From NCBI GenBank assembly GCA_024639455.1, contig JAHEIH010000026.1:31279-95278 (forward strand): a DNA stretch of 64,000 nt, in the 5' to 3' direction. Positions 10,699 to 20,819 of the stretch are shown here, piece by piece. The notes beneath the pieces are model-generated. The model worked only from the letters and a program-made list of their open reading frames with translations, searched no databases and was not told the origin of the DNA. The stretch's first letter is position 1. The number at the start of each line of letters is the position of its first letter. The stretch comes from Cellvibrionales bacterium (GTDB lineage Bacteria > Pseudomonadota > Gammaproteobacteria > Pseudomonadales > JAHEIH01). The translations under genes were made by a program, and so were the position numbers.

Positions 10699-10861
10699 AG
10701 GACATTCTCCCTTAATACGCACTTTCCTGTGCTTACAAACATCATAGCGAATTATCGGCAGCCTCTTTAGACGGGTTGGTTCTGCTACGCCAAGTGCTTA
10801 TAGCTGTTCGGTCTTATAGTTGATTTGCGGGAAAACTTCCTGCCAAAAGGGCTTTAACGCC

Positions 10862-10886
10862 AAAAAAAAGCCCGCCAATAGCGGGC
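10862..10886 (-). terminator. Rho-independent terminator of the lipoprotein gene
   Basis: AAAAAAAA GCCCGC caata GCGGGC: hairpin with U-tract on the minus strand. Confidence 0.8.
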
Positions 10887-10912
10887 AATAGAGACCTCGG
10901 AGGCATCAACAT

Positions 10913-11620
10913 TTAGTCGCGACTGCGTTGATTACCATCGCGCGCGGTAGAGACTTTTTTGGGTTGACGAACGGCTTTCGGTTCATCGCGGTGGGACTTG
11001 TGCGCACGCGATTCGCGCGGTGGTTGAGCGGTGGCTTGATTATCGTTACGCGTTCTCTCCTCGCGATAATTAGCTCGACGTTCTTCCTTTTGCGAGCGTT
11101 CAGCAGGTCGATTGTAATGAAATGGACGCTGCTGAGGCGCTTCAAGTCGGCGCTTTTCGTCACGCGATCTTGCACCCGAATGATATTCACGCGAATAGCG
11201 ATCGCGATCGCGGCTGAGGTGGCCGTCGTGGCGATCACTGTATCTGTCGTAGCGCATTTTAGGGGACAACTTAACCCGCGGGTAGCGGTCGGCATGGCGG
11301 TAAACATGGCTGCGGTAGCCGTGCACTCGTGTCGGCACAAAACGTGGCGCCACCGTTAGCCATGGGCCGTGCCAGTGATTGGCGCGCATCCAATGGCTAC
11401 CACTGAAATAATAGTAGTAACCATCCATCCAGTAACTTCCAGGGTAACCATAGGACACATACACGCCGTAATACGAATCGTAGTAGTAATTCCCCGTTCC
11501 CCAAGATACTCGGACATCGGCATCAAAATCGGTGCGACCGTGAGCTTCTACTTCATAGACAGCACAGCCACTCAATGTGGCAGTCAGCCCTAGTGTTAGG
11601 ATCAATGCTAATCGCTTCAT
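10913..11620 (-). CDS. Hypothetical lipoprotein with Tyr/Gly/Trp-rich core and Arg/Asp-rich low-complexity tail
   Basis: MKRLALILTLGLTATLSGC lipobox, strong GAGGAGG RBS, terminator downstream. Confidence 0.75.
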   Translation of the reverse strand: MKRLALILTLGLTATLSGCAVYEVEAHGRTDFDADVRVSWGTGNYYYDSYYGVYVSYGYPGSYWMDGYYYYFSGSHWMRANHWHGPWLTVAPRFVPTRVHGYRSHVYRHADRYPRVKLSPKMRYDRYSDRHDGHLSRDRDRYSREYHSGARSRDEKRRLEAPQQRPFHYNRPAERSQKEERRANYREERTRNDNQATAQPPRESRAHKSHRDEPKAVRQPKKVSTARDGNQRSRD

Positions 11621-11662
11621 CAAACACCTCCTCGGTTTACAGTTTCAATATAAACCTCCTGC

Positions 11663-11679
11663 CTGAACTTAAGCTGAAC
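11663..11679 (-). promoter_or_regulatory. PhoP/OmpR-family direct-repeat box GTTCAG-N5-GTTCAG
   Basis: Minus strand reads GTTCAG CTTAA GTTCAG, followed by a TATATT -10-like hexamer, upstream of the lipoprotein. Confidence 0.55.
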
Positions 11680-11685
11680 CTAATA

Positions 11686-12552
11686 TTAATTTTTTTGCGT
11701 TTGCTGCCAGAGGGTCGCTAGCAAGATCATACCGAGACCTAGCAAGGTGCTTGGCAACACCTGCTCACCGAGGATGCCGTTGATCCACAACAATGAAATG
11801 ACGGGTGAGAGGAAAATAAGGTTGGCGATGCGGCTGACATGGCGGGCAGTTTGCATGGCCAATAACCAGGTCACAAAGCTGGCGCCCATTTCAAACAGTC
11901 CCACGTAAACCGCTGCCGCCAAGCTGGTAAAACTACCTGAGACCACGTCATTGACATTGGCTAATGGCCACAGTATCGGCAGGCTAAACAAAAACATAGC
12001 GCACAAACTGAGCACCGGATCGAGTTTGGCTCGCGAACTGTACACCCAGTAGAAGGCCCATAATAAGGTGCTGAGCAATGCCCATAGCACGCCGGATAAA
12101 TGGCTTCCAAGCAGTGTTGTCAGATCTCCGCCCGAGGCTACGATGACCACTCCGATGTAGGCCATGACACTGGCAGCCACATCTCGTCGCGAGAGCGTTT
12201 GCCCCAGTAAAAACACCGATAATAGACTGAGGCAAATGGCCCACGAATAATTAATGGCTTGCGCCTGTTGTGCAAGCAGCGCGTCGTAGGCCTGGAAGAG
12301 CACCAAGTAGTAAAGCACCGGATTTAATACCGCGAGGCCAAGCGTCGTTTTCCAGTGGCTTGCGATGAAGTCTCGCAGCGCGGACAAGCGCCCTTGCCAA
12401 GCAAGCATGGCTAGGAGTAATAACGCTGAACTGGTCGAGGCGATGGCGAGCACCGTGGGCACGGATAATTGGGCCAGTGCCAGTTTAAAAGCAGTAGCGC
12501 TGGTTGACCACATAGCGATGGTCAGTAGCGCGTAACGATAAGCGCTGGGCAT
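11686..12552 (-). CDS. DMT/EamA family transporter
   Basis: About 10 TM segments, WSTSATAFKL, AQAINYSW, LIFLSPVISL. Confidence 0.85.
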   Translation of the reverse strand: MPSAYRYALLTIAMWSTSATAFKLALAQLSVPTVLAIASTSSALLLLAMLAWQGRLSALRDFIASHWKTTLGLAVLNPVLYYLVLFQAYDALLAQQAQAINYSWAICLSLLSVFLLGQTLSRRDVAASVMAYIGVVIVASGGDLTTLLGSHLSGVLWALLSTLLWAFYWVYSSRAKLDPVLSLCAMFLFSLPILWPLANVNDVVSGSFTSLAAAVYVGLFEMGASFVTWLLAMQTARHVSRIANLIFLSPVISLLWINGILGEQVLPSTLLGLGMILLATLWQQTQKN

Positions 12553-12770
12553 TACGCGTCGAGGTCGGGGATCATTTGGCTGCGGATGCGCTGGATGGCG
12601 TCTTTCACCTGCAGTTTCTCACGTTTGAGTCGGCGCAGTTGAATTTGATCGGCAAAGGGACGTTGTAATAGCTCATCGATTTTTTCGTGCAGTATACGGT
12701 GTTGAGCACGTAACTGCGCCAAGCGATTATCGCCGATAGTAGGAATGTCGTTGGTATCCTGCTCAATCAT
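12552..12770 (-). CDS. DUF465/YdcH family small coiled-coil protein
   Basis: LRAQHRILHEKI...RRLKREKLQVKDAI...IPDLDA. Confidence 0.8.
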   Translation of the reverse strand: MIEQDTNDIPTIGDNRLAQLRAQHRILHEKIDELLQRPFADQIQLRRLKREKLQVKDAIQRIRSQMIPDLDA

Positions 12771-12861
12771 GCTCGCGCTCTTTTTCTCAGATGACGCCGA
12801 AAGGTGCTGAAAGCTTGAACCCAAAGCGTCATTTTGTCCAGTGTCCTTTGACTAGCGTTAT

Positions 12862-13266
12862 TTATTGACTACTGACATAGACACAAAGTACCGCTGCGTA
12901 TAGAAAAACCGCCCACGTCAGCAAGGTACCGACGAAACGTCCCGGCGATGTACCACTGGAACGCGCCAATCCCCACGCGTGAAGCAACCGACCCAGGGTG
13001 AGGGCTAAACCTAGCGCGTGCAGATGTATCGCCGCAACACCCATCAGCTCCAATACCAAGATCATCAGCAGTGCCAGCGGCACGTATTCCAAGGCATTGC
13101 CGTGCACCCGAATGGCGCGCAACATTTCCGGCACGCCGCCGTCGCCAAGACCCACTTTATGGCGCATACGCAACACCACGACGTACATCGCCAAGGCAAA
13201 AATCAACAACACATTAATACCAATGTAGAAACTACTAATCACTGGCATGATGGCGAGCGCATGCAT
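12862..13266 (-). CDS. MAPEG family membrane protein (YecN-like)
   Basis: GLGDGG, IRVHGNALEYVP, GRLLHAWGL. Confidence 0.87.
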   Translation of the reverse strand: MHALAIMPVISSFYIGINVLLIFALAMYVVVLRMRHKVGLGDGGVPEMLRAIRVHGNALEYVPLALLMILVLELMGVAAIHLHALGLALTLGRLLHAWGLARSSGTSPGRFVGTLLTWAVFLYAAVLCVYVSSQ

Positions 13267-13276
13267 GGGCTATTCC

Positions 13277-13921
13277 TCAACCGAAGTTTTTGTCAGACAC
13301 AAAAGGATTGGTGGCACGCTCCCGACCGAAGGTCGAATTAGGGCCGTGGCCGGGTACAAAATTCACGTCATCACCCAGCGGCCAAAGCTTGTTTCGAATC
13401 GAAGCCACTAAGGTGTCGTAGTCACCACGCGGGAAGTCGGTGCGCCCGATGGATCCCTGAAACAAGACATCACCGACGAGGGCCAGTTTAGAGTCGTTGT
13501 GGTAAAAAACGACGTGGCCAGGAGTGTGACCAGGGCAGTGTTTAACATCCAGTTTGACGTTGCCAAACTCAATGCTATCGCCATCTTCTAACCAGCGATC
13601 AGGCTCAAACGCCTCAGCAATGGGAAAACCCGCCATCTTGCACCATTCAGGTAATTTCTCAAGCCAGAATATATCTTCCTTTTGCGGCCCTTCAATAGGA
13701 ATGTTGAGCTGTTCGCGAAGCTCACCGGCACCTGCACAGTGGTCCATGTGAGCGTGGGTAAGGAAGATTTTTTCTAATTCGCAGCCGGTTTGTTTAACCG
13801 CCTCTAACAACTTGGGAAGATCGCCGCCCGGGTCGACAAGCGCGGCTTTGTTGGTCTCTTCACAGACCAGCAAACTGCAGTTTTGTTGGTAGGCTGTCAC
13901 GGGAATAACATACGCTTTCAT
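13277..13921 (-). CDS. MBL-fold metallo-hydrolase (GloC/YcbL-like)
   Basis: PVTAYQQNCS, THAHMDH, PGHTPGH, GDVLFQGSIGRTDFP, PGHG; true start MKAYVIPV at 13921. Confidence 0.9.
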   Translation of the reverse strand: MKAYVIPVTAYQQNCSLLVCEETNKAALVDPGGDLPKLLEAVKQTGCELEKIFLTHAHMDHCAGAGELREQLNIPIEGPQKEDIFWLEKLPEWCKMAGFPIAEAFEPDRWLEDGDSIEFGNVKLDVKHCPGHTPGHVVFYHNDSKLALVGDVLFQGSIGRTDFPRGDYDTLVASIRNKLWPLGDDVNFVPGHGPNSTFGRERATNPFVSDKNFG

Positions 13922-14026
13922 AACAAACTCACAAAAAAAATTTGCCCGCAGTGTAGCACACTTGGCTAGCCTGATTGGACACGGTCTTGTAGCATGGCGC
14001 AATCCACCTGTAGCGCGAGAATTGTC

Positions 14027-15277
14027 ATGAAAACAGCCTTTCTTTTGACCGGCAATGAACTCATGAGCGGCGACATCGTCGACTCCAACTCTGCCGAAAT
14101 GGCACAGATGCTGTTTGAAATTGGCCTGAGTGTCGACACCAAAGTGACCGTCGGCGACGACCGAGCGGCCCTGCATGCTTATATTGATTCTTTGAGCCGC
14201 GAGCACAATATCTTGATCGTCAATGGCGGGCTGGGGCCAACCCAAGATGACCTGACCGCTGAAATTTTAGCTCAAACGGCGGATTTGCCCATCGAAGAAC
14301 ACCCCGTTGCACGAGCCCACTTGGAAGCTTGGTGCGAACGACGCGGGGTAGCGCTGAGTCCGGCCAACCTCAAACAAGCTATGCTGCCCGCTGGCTGCCG
14401 TATTATTCCTAACGACCGCGGCAGCGCGGTCGGCTTCGAAATTGACCTACACGGCTGTCGCGTGATGACCACCCCCGGGGTGCCGTCAGAGCTGCGCTTG
14501 ATGATGCGGCACCATATTTTACCCACCCTCGAGGCCGACGCCAGCATTTGCTTCGATAAGCTTCAGTGCTTTGGCTTAGGTGAATCGCGCATCCAACAAA
14601 TGGTACATGACCACATGCCCAACTGGCCGGTGAGCATGGACTTGGGTTTCCGCGCTGGCATGCCGCTGTTGGAAGTAAAACTTCGCTCCAAAGGCGAACC
14701 AGAACTACACCAACACACCCTAGCCAAACTTCATCACTTGCTTGGTGAGCACGTGGTTTGTGAAGGCAGCGGCACTTTGCCGAATACCCTCGTGGCCTTA
14801 CTGGCGGAGCGCGGCGAACAAATCACCTTTGCAGAGTCGTGCACTGGGGGTCGCATGGCTAGCGAAATTACCTCTGTGCCTGGCTCCTCGGCGGTTTTCG
14901 GAGCAGGCTTTGTGACCTACTCCAACGCCATGAAGTGCGACATGCTGGGGGTAAACGCCGCCACATTGGCACAATATGGCGCGGTGAGCGAACACGTCGT
15001 GTTGGAAATGGTCAATGGCGCCATGGGTCGCTCAGGAGCGCAGTGGGGGGTGGCGGTATCAGGCATCGCGGGGCCCGATGGGGGTAGCGACGACAAACCG
15101 GTCGGCACAATTTGGATCGCCTGGGGCAAACAGCATGCAATGAAAACACGCCGTTTGAGACTACGCATGGACCGCTCAATGTTCCAGCGCATGGTGTGCG
15201 CCATGTCTCTCGACCTCATCCGCCGTGACTTATTGGGCCTGGAAGCTGAGCCAAGCTACTTCGGCCGCTACCTCTAA
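14027..15277 (+). CDS. cinA: CinA family competence/damage-inducible protein (MoCF-like domain + NMN deamidase PncC domain)
   Basis: TGNELMSGDIVDSN, GGLGPTQDDLT, PGVPSE, AESCTGG, SGIAGPDGG. Confidence 0.9.
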   Translation: MKTAFLLTGNELMSGDIVDSNSAEMAQMLFEIGLSVDTKVTVGDDRAALHAYIDSLSREHNILIVNGGLGPTQDDLTAEILAQTADLPIEEHPVARAHLEAWCERRGVALSPANLKQAMLPAGCRIIPNDRGSAVGFEIDLHGCRVMTTPGVPSELRLMMRHHILPTLEADASICFDKLQCFGLGESRIQQMVHDHMPNWPVSMDLGFRAGMPLLEVKLRSKGEPELHQHTLAKLHHLLGEHVVCEGSGTLPNTLVALLAERGEQITFAESCTGGRMASEITSVPGSSAVFGAGFVTYSNAMKCDMLGVNAATLAQYGAVSEHVVLEMVNGAMGRSGAQWGVAVSGIAGPDGGSDDKPVGTIWIAWGKQHAMKTRRLRLRMDRSMFQRMVCAMSLDLIRRDLLGLEAEPSYFGRYL

Positions 15278-15582
15278 TGTGGGCGATCGGCATCGCCCGC
15301 CACAGGGAAGCGCACCGGAATACGAATATCCACGGGGGTGGCGTTAGGGTCGCCCAAGATAGGCGAATCGCTCGAGAGGGACTCATTGAACTGGGCACAA
15401 AAGGCTTGGCAGAGTAGTTCCACTGCCCGCTGACGGCTTATCAGCTGACACTCCACCCCGGCTTGCATATAGCCTTCCAGTCGCAAGCGACGTGTCGGAG
15501 ACACGCCAGCGCCAGCGGACATATCGGCAAAGAGCTCCCGCAAACGGCTAGCTACGCAACGTTCAAACTTTGCCAGATTCAC
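15274..15582 (-). CDS. Hypothetical protein
   Basis: GTG start overlaps the upstream TGA (GTGA coupling); RLRLEGYMQAG motif; no recognisable family. Confidence 0.6.
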   Translation of the reverse strand: MNLAKFERCVASRLRELFADMSAGAGVSPTRRLRLEGYMQAGVECQLISRQRAVELLCQAFCAQFNESLSSDSPILGDPNATPVDIRIPVRFPVAGDADRPH

Positions 15583-15896
15583 ACCTTGTTCTCTTGCACC
15601 AGCACCCAAGGCGCCGCAACAACCGCCCAAACCATAGGACGATCGTCGTGAAAACGGGCGGCCACCTCGTCACTCAGTCGACCCACTTGCTCAGCCTCCA
15701 TCCAGGCTTTGAATTGCTCGGTATCGTCCTGAGCCAGTTTTACCGCAACTTGTACAAGATCCAAGCTATCGCCCACGTGGAGCACAACACCTTGGGCGTA
15801 AAAACGCTCCAGTTCTTCCCAACCGACTTGCGCCGTTTCAGCATTGAAATAGGCGGCCAACTGCTCAGGATCGTTGCGATCAATTTCAACTACCAC
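15579..15896 (-). CDS. DUF2288 family protein
   Basis: ETAQVGWEELERFYAQG, LDLVQVA, WAVVAAPWVLVQ. Confidence 0.82.
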   Translation of the reverse strand: MVVEIDRNDPEQLAAYFNAETAQVGWEELERFYAQGVVLHVGDSLDLVQVAVKLAQDDTEQFKAWMEAEQVGRLSDEVAARFHDDRPMVWAVVAAPWVLVQENKV

Positions 15897-15906
15897 GATA
15901 GATTCC

Positions 15907-16344
15907 TCAATTTTCTAGCAAAAAGGTCACCGGACCGTCGTTGACCAGGCTGACTTGCATGTCAGCGGCAAAACGCCCCGCCGCGACATGCGCAATTTTT
16001 GTGGCGGTGTAATCCAGCGCGGCATGGTATAGCTCTCGCGCCATATCAGGCGGCGCGGCACTACTGAAGCTAGGACGCAAGCCCTTGCGAGTATTGGCCG
16101 CCAGCGTAAATTGCGATACTAAAAGGACACCGCCGTTAATATCTTGCACACTCAGGTTCATCTTCCCCTGCTCGTCGCTAAATACTCGGTAGGCCAGTAA
16201 CTTATCGATTGCCGCCCGCATCGTCGACAATGTGTCGTGGGCTTCCACCCCAACCAAACACATCAAACCCGCACCAATTTCCCCGACTCTCTCGCCGTCG
16301 ATATCGACCGCCGCCGATGCCACGCGCTGCAATAATAGTTTCAT
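15907..16344 (-). CDS. dtd: D-aminoacyl-tRNA deacylase
   Basis: LLQRV, GKMNLSV, VSQFTL, GRFAADMQVSLVNDGPVT. Confidence 0.95.
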   Translation of the reverse strand: MKLLLQRVASAAVDIDGERVGEIGAGLMCLVGVEAHDTLSTMRAAIDKLLAYRVFSDEQGKMNLSVQDINGGVLLVSQFTLAANTRKGLRPSFSSAAPPDMARELYHAALDYTATKIAHVAAGRFAADMQVSLVNDGPVTFLLEN

Positions 16345-16499
16345 AGCCGCTCCTTATGACGGCATTGTAGCGTAACTTGCCGGTGGTCTCAGCTAACGCG
16401 CGCTAAACTATTTTTGAATTTCTCTTTAAATGCGAATATTGAGTACCAATTGAAACTCCGGCGTGATGCCAACTTAAAGGCGAAGCTGCAAACTTTAAG

Positions 16500-16913
16500 T
16501 TGATTCCGAATGAGATTACGCGCGTGAGTAGAGCACCAAATGACATTGACCGCTATATTGGGCAGGCCATGCGCCGCATACGCGAATCTCAATTTATCCG
16601 CATGGAACAAGCCGCCGATGCACTGGATATTAGCCCCCAGCAAATCTCCAAAATAGAACGCGGCACCAGCAAAATCAGCGCCTCGCAGTTTTTCCAATTG
16701 TGCTATTTTTACAAAATAAGCCCAGCACGGATTTATCAACAGTTACCGTTAAGAGACACCTTGCAGTTCATCCAAGAAGATAATCCGCATGGCTACCGCA
16801 AGCAGCACTTACTGGAAGAATCGCTGAAAGCGGAAATTGATGGCCTAAACCCAGCAGCTCAACAGCAATTGCTGGATTTGCTGAAGACCCTGAATCATAG
16901 ACCTGAAGGGTAA
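16500..16913 (+). CDS. XRE-family helix-turn-helix protein (start uncertain, possibly GTG at 16524)
   Basis: IDRYIGQAMRRIR...ALDISPQQISKIERGTSKIS. Confidence 0.75.
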   Translation: MIPNEITRVSRAPNDIDRYIGQAMRRIRESQFIRMEQAADALDISPQQISKIERGTSKISASQFFQLCYFYKISPARIYQQLPLRDTLQFIQEDNPHGYRKQHLLEESLKAEIDGLNPAAQQQLLDLLKTLNHRPEG

Positions 16914-16951
16914 AGCAACTGGGGATATTTCTCGGGCCTTTCGTGGGACAT

Positions 16952-17166
16952 CATAAGGCCGTTACCGCCATGGAGGCGGGTATGTCATTGTTGCAGGAGC
17001 AAAAAATGCCCCCTGGCCGCGTCCCTATCGGTCGTCCTGCCCTTCGGGACATAAGGCCGTTACCGCCATGGAGGCGGGTATGTCATTGTTGCAGGAGCAA
17101 AAAATGACCCCTGGCCGCGTCCCTCTCGGGCGTCCTGCCCTTCGGGACATAAGGCCGTCCCTGGCC
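16952..17166. repeat. 98-bp tandem repeat (2 copies plus a partial third) built from REP-like GGA-loop hairpins
   Basis: CATAAGGCCGT starts at 16952, 17050 and 17148; the first two units each contain a 48-bp double hairpin (16963-17010, 17061-17108) that is absent from the third. Confidence 0.9.
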
Positions 17167-17197
17167 AAAAAAAAAGCCCTCTTGCGAGGGCTTTTTA
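17167..17197. terminator. Bidirectional Rho-independent terminator downstream of typA
   Basis: AAAAAAAAA GCCCTC ttgc GAGGGC TTTTT. Confidence 0.88.
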
Positions 17198-17200
17198 GGA

Positions 17201-19018
17201 TTAAGCGGCGGCGTTTTTAGCGCGCTTACGCTCGTGCTCTTTCAAGAATTTCTTACGCAAACGAATCGACTTAGGTGTTACTTCAACGAGCTCGTCGTCT
17301 TCGATGAACTCCAGTGCTTGCTCCAAGGTATGACGGATAGGTGGCGTCAGGGTCAGCGCTTCGTCGGTACCAGCGGCGCGAACGTTAGTCAACTGTTTGG
17401 CTTTAGTGGGGTTAACCACCAGATCGTTGTCGCGCGAGTGAATGCCCACGATTTGACCTTCGTAAATGTCGATACCGTGGCCAAGGAAGAGGCGACCACG
17501 ATCTTGCAAATTAAACAGTGCATAAGCCAAGGTCTTTCCGTTAACCATCGATACCAGTACGCCGTTTTGACGGCTGACAACTTCACCTGCCTTCACAGGA
17601 CCGTAGTGGTCAAAGATAGACGTCATGATGCCAGAACCCGACGTCAGAGTCAGGAACAAACCACGGAAACCGATCAAGCCACGTGAAGGCACGATAAATT
17701 CGAGGCGAACACGGCCTTTACCGTCGACTTCCATATTGGTCATCTCGGCTTTACGCAGGCCCAGCTCTTCGATCACGGCGCCTTGATGCTGCTCTTCAAC
17801 ATCAATTACTACCTGCTCAAAGGGTTCTTGAACTTCACCGTCAACCACACGCTGGATAACTTCTGGGCGTGACACACCCATTTCGAAGCCTTCGCGACGC
17901 ATGGTTTCAATCAATACTGACAGGTGCAGCTCACCACGTCCAGATACGATAAACTTGTCAGGCGAATCACCTTGTTTAACGCGCAATGCCACGTTGTGGA
18001 TCAACTCGCGGTCCAAACGGTCTTTAATGTTACGCGACGTGACGAATTTGCCTTCTTTACCTGCAAACGGTGAGTCGTTGACCTGGAAAGTCATGCTCAC
18101 GGTGGGCTCGTCAACGGTCAGTGCAGGCAGCAATTCAACATTCAATGGGTCACACAGCGTGTCGGAAATGCTCAGACCCTCAATACCGGTAAGACATACG
18201 ATATCACCAGCTTCGGCTTGAGGAACCTCGAGACGCTCAAGGCCTAAGTAACCCATAACGGTGAGCACTTTACCTTTGCGTTGCTTGCCATCCGCGGTGG
18301 CTACAACCACTTGTTGATTGGGTTTTAAAGTACCGCGCGTGATACGACCTACACCGATAACACCCACATAGCTGTTGTAATCGAGCGCAGAAATTTGCAT
18401 TTGGAAAGGCTTGTCGACTTCAACATCAGGCGCTTTCACCTTGTCAACAATCATTTGGAACAGCGGCGTCATATCGTCAGCCAATTCCGAAGGATCCATA
18501 CCCGCAACACCGTTTAACGCAGAGGCGTAAACAATCGGGAAGTCCAACTGCTCATCGGTCGCACCCAAACGGTCGAAAAGATCAAATACTTGATCCACAA
18601 CCCAATCAGGACGCGCACCAGGGCGGTCAACCTTGTTGATAACCACAATAGGGTTCAACCCTTTTTCGAACGCTTTTGAGGTCACGAAACGTGTTTGTGG
18701 CATAGGGCCATCAACGGCATCAACCAACAGCAACACGCAATCCACCATCGACAGAACGCGCTCTACTTCGCCGCCAAAGTCGGCGTGCCCGGGGGTGTCC
18801 ACGATGTTGATGTGGTAACCGTTCCACTCGATAGCGGTGTTTTTGGCGAGAATGGTAATACCACGCTCACGCTCTTGATCGTTAGAGTCCATGACGCGCT
18901 CGGCGCCTTCGTCACGACGCTTAAGCGTACCAGACTGCTCGAGGAGTTTATCTACCAGAGTAGTTTTACCGTGGTCAACGTGGGCGATAATCGCAATGTT
19001 GCGCAAGTTCTGTTTCAC
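17201..19018 (-). CDS. typA: Translational GTPase TypA/BipA
   Basis: [73 protein letters not shown]. Confidence 0.97.
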   Translation of the reverse strand: MKQNLRNIAIIAHVDHGKTTLVDKLLEQSGTLKRRDEGAERVMDSNDQERERGITILAKNTAIEWNGYHINIVDTPGHADFGGEVERVLSMVDCVLLLVDAVDGPMPQTRFVTSKAFEKGLNPIVVINKVDRPGARPDWVVDQVFDLFDRLGATDEQLDFPIVYASALNGVAGMDPSELADDMTPLFQMIVDKVKAPDVEVDKPFQMQISALDYNSYVGVIGVGRITRGTLKPNQQVVVATADGKQRKGKVLTVMGYLGLERLEVPQAEAGDIVCLTGIEGLSISDTLCDPLNVELLPALTVDEPTVSMTFQVNDSPFAGKEGKFVTSRNIKDRLDRELIHNVALRVKQGDSPDKFIVSGRGELHLSVLIETMRREGFEMGVSRPEVIQRVVDGEVQEPFEQVVIDVEEQHQGAVIEELGLRKAEMTNMEVDGKGRVRLEFIVPSRGLIGFRGLFLTLTSGSGIMTSIFDHYGPVKAGEVVSRQNGVLVSMVNGKTLAYALFNLQDRGRLFLGHGIDIYEGQIVGIHSRDNDLVVNPTKAKQLTNVRAAGTDEALTLTPPIRHTLEQALEFIEDDELVEVTPKSIRLRKKFLKEHERKRAKNAAA

Positions 19019-19153
19019 AAATTTACCTGTGGGGTGGAATAAAAGGCGCGCATTATACAGGTATTAATAGGTGAACAGATAGCAACAAATGCACTATTTT
19101 GATGAATTTTTGAACAATTGTTGCCCGCCGAAGCGGGTAACTAAAGCAGGAGG

Positions 19154-20575
19154 CTAACCAATAAAGCTGACACCGAAGTATTTGTAAGCCACGGTATTGA
19201 GGAAAATAACCAACAGAATCACCGGGATAAAGGTCGTCAGAGAGACGTCCACGTAGCGCTCAAGGAAGGAATGGCGGTAATTGGGGGCGCCACGTTCAAG
19301 CTCGCGGTGAAAATTAGCGCGTTTCCAGTGGAACAACACCAACAAACAACTTAATAAACCATTGAGCGGCAACACCGTGTCGTAGAACACGTCGATAATC
19401 ACATCGAAGAAGGACTTATTCGCCCCACCATAGCTCATAAAGCTGGTCAGCCAATCGGCGCGGCCAAATGAATAAATACAGAGAATACTGAATACCAACA
19501 CCGACACCGCCAGCATAGACAGCGACTTTTTACGGCTGTATTTCATCGAGCCCATGATGGCCGAATTGGGTACTTCGGTGATCGACACCAGAGATGTAAT
19601 AGCGGCAAAAAATACCAATAAAAAGAAGATCGACGCCACCGCGCTGGCACCGCCGTAACCAATGTTGGCCTGCAAGGCCAAAAAGATCTTCGGCAGGAAG
19701 GTAAAAATCAACCCCACCGACGAGTCACTTAACTCAGCGGTATCGATATCGGGGTTGAAGGAAAAAATAGCTGGCATGATCAACAGACCAGCACAAAACG
19801 CCACGGCGGTATCTGTGAATGCCACGAACTTGGCACTGCCAGGCAGATCGTCGTCACGCTGCATGTAGGAGCCATAGGTAATCATAATACCCATGCCCAA
19901 CGAGAGTGAGAAAAACGCCTGTGACAACGCTGTATTGATAACACTTGCGTTAATTTTGCTAAAGTCTGGCACGATATAATATCTAACACCCGCAAACGCG
20001 TTATCGAGCGTCAAGACGAACCCCACCAACAAAATCAGCATCACAAACAGCGCCGGCATCATGATTTTTGCGCCCTTTTCAATGCCGTCTTTCACCCCGC
20101 TAAACAAGATGAAGTACACAATGGCATTGACCGCGATCAAGTACCAAAAAATATCATTGGTGTTGATAAAAGCACCGAAATAAGCCGGATCAGCCAACTT
20201 ATCAAGATTGCCACTGAGGGTCTCAAACAGATAACCAAACAGCCAGATTGTGATCACGGTGTAGAACACGGCGATCATGTAGGGCGTTAAAAGAGCGAGA
20301 AAACCGCCCGCCGTCCAACCCTTATGGCCGCTCGAAAGACTGCGAAAAGCGCTCATTGGCGCGTGCTGGGTATGACGACCGATGGAAATTTCGGCCAGCA
20401 TCACCGGCAAACAAATAAACACTACAAACAGGGCATAGATAAGCAAAAAAGCACCGCCGCCATTTTTAGCCGCCGCTACGGGGAAGCCAACCAAGTTGCC
20501 AATACCCACGGCAGAGCCTGCCGCCGCAAGAATAAAACCAAGGCGAGAGCCAAATTGCTCGCGATTCGCCGACAT
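19154..20575 (-). CDS. Sodium-dependent transporter, NSS/SNF family
   Basis: REQFGSRLGFILAAAGSAVGIGN, NGGGAFL, QAFFSLSLGMG..ITYGSY; true start MSANREQ at 20575. Confidence 0.92.
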   Translation of the reverse strand: MSANREQFGSRLGFILAAAGSAVGIGNLVGFPVAAAKNGGGAFLLIYALFVVFICLPVMLAEISIGRHTQHAPMSAFRSLSSGHKGWTAGGFLALLTPYMIAVFYTVITIWLFGYLFETLSGNLDKLADPAYFGAFINTNDIFWYLIAVNAIVYFILFSGVKDGIEKGAKIMMPALFVMLILLVGFVLTLDNAFAGVRYYIVPDFSKINASVINTALSQAFFSLSLGMGIMITYGSYMQRDDDLPGSAKFVAFTDTAVAFCAGLLIMPAIFSFNPDIDTAELSDSSVGLIFTFLPKIFLALQANIGYGGASAVASIFFLLVFFAAITSLVSITEVPNSAIMGSMKYSRKKSLSMLAVSVLVFSILCIYSFGRADWLTSFMSYGGANKSFFDVIIDVFYDTVLPLNGLLSCLLVLFHWKRANFHRELERGAPNYRHSFLERYVDVSLTTFIPVILLVIFLNTVAYKYFGVSFIG

Positions 20576-20649
20576 ATTGTTATTCCTATTTTTAGAGGAG
20601 AAGGCACATAGTAGATCAAATCCCCTCTGGTCGCGTCTAGTCCCCAAAT

Positions 20650-20732
20650 TCGCCAATGTTGGTGCGACAAAACGCACCAAAATATTCCGCAAGCCGCACC
20701 ATTCTCGAGCACCAACGCACCAAACAAGAGCA
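20650..20732. promoter_or_regulatory. Cluster of NtrC-type enhancer sites upstream of glnA
   Basis: TCGCCAATGTTGGTGCG (20650), CGCACCATTCTCGAGCA (20695) and CGCACCAAACAAGAGCA (20716) resemble TGCACCA-N3-TGGTGCA. Confidence 0.7.
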
Positions 20733-20803
20733 TCACTGATATTTGAGCCAACACTTATACCGACAACCAACTGATTTAATTGAATATTATTTTTTTCCAT
20801 GAA

Positions 20804-20819
20804 TGGCACACGACTTGCT
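20804..20819 (+). promoter_or_regulatory. Sigma54 (-24/-12) promoter of glnA
   Basis: TGGCAC-ACGAC-TTGCT. Confidence 0.85.

Noticed and set aside
13922-14245. Apparent N-terminal extension of the MBL hydrolase
   Set aside because: Overlaps cinA antisense; family similarity starts at 13921.
16952-17166. Possible CRISPR array
   Set aside because: The units are near-identical across their full 98 bp with no unique spacers, and there are no cas genes.
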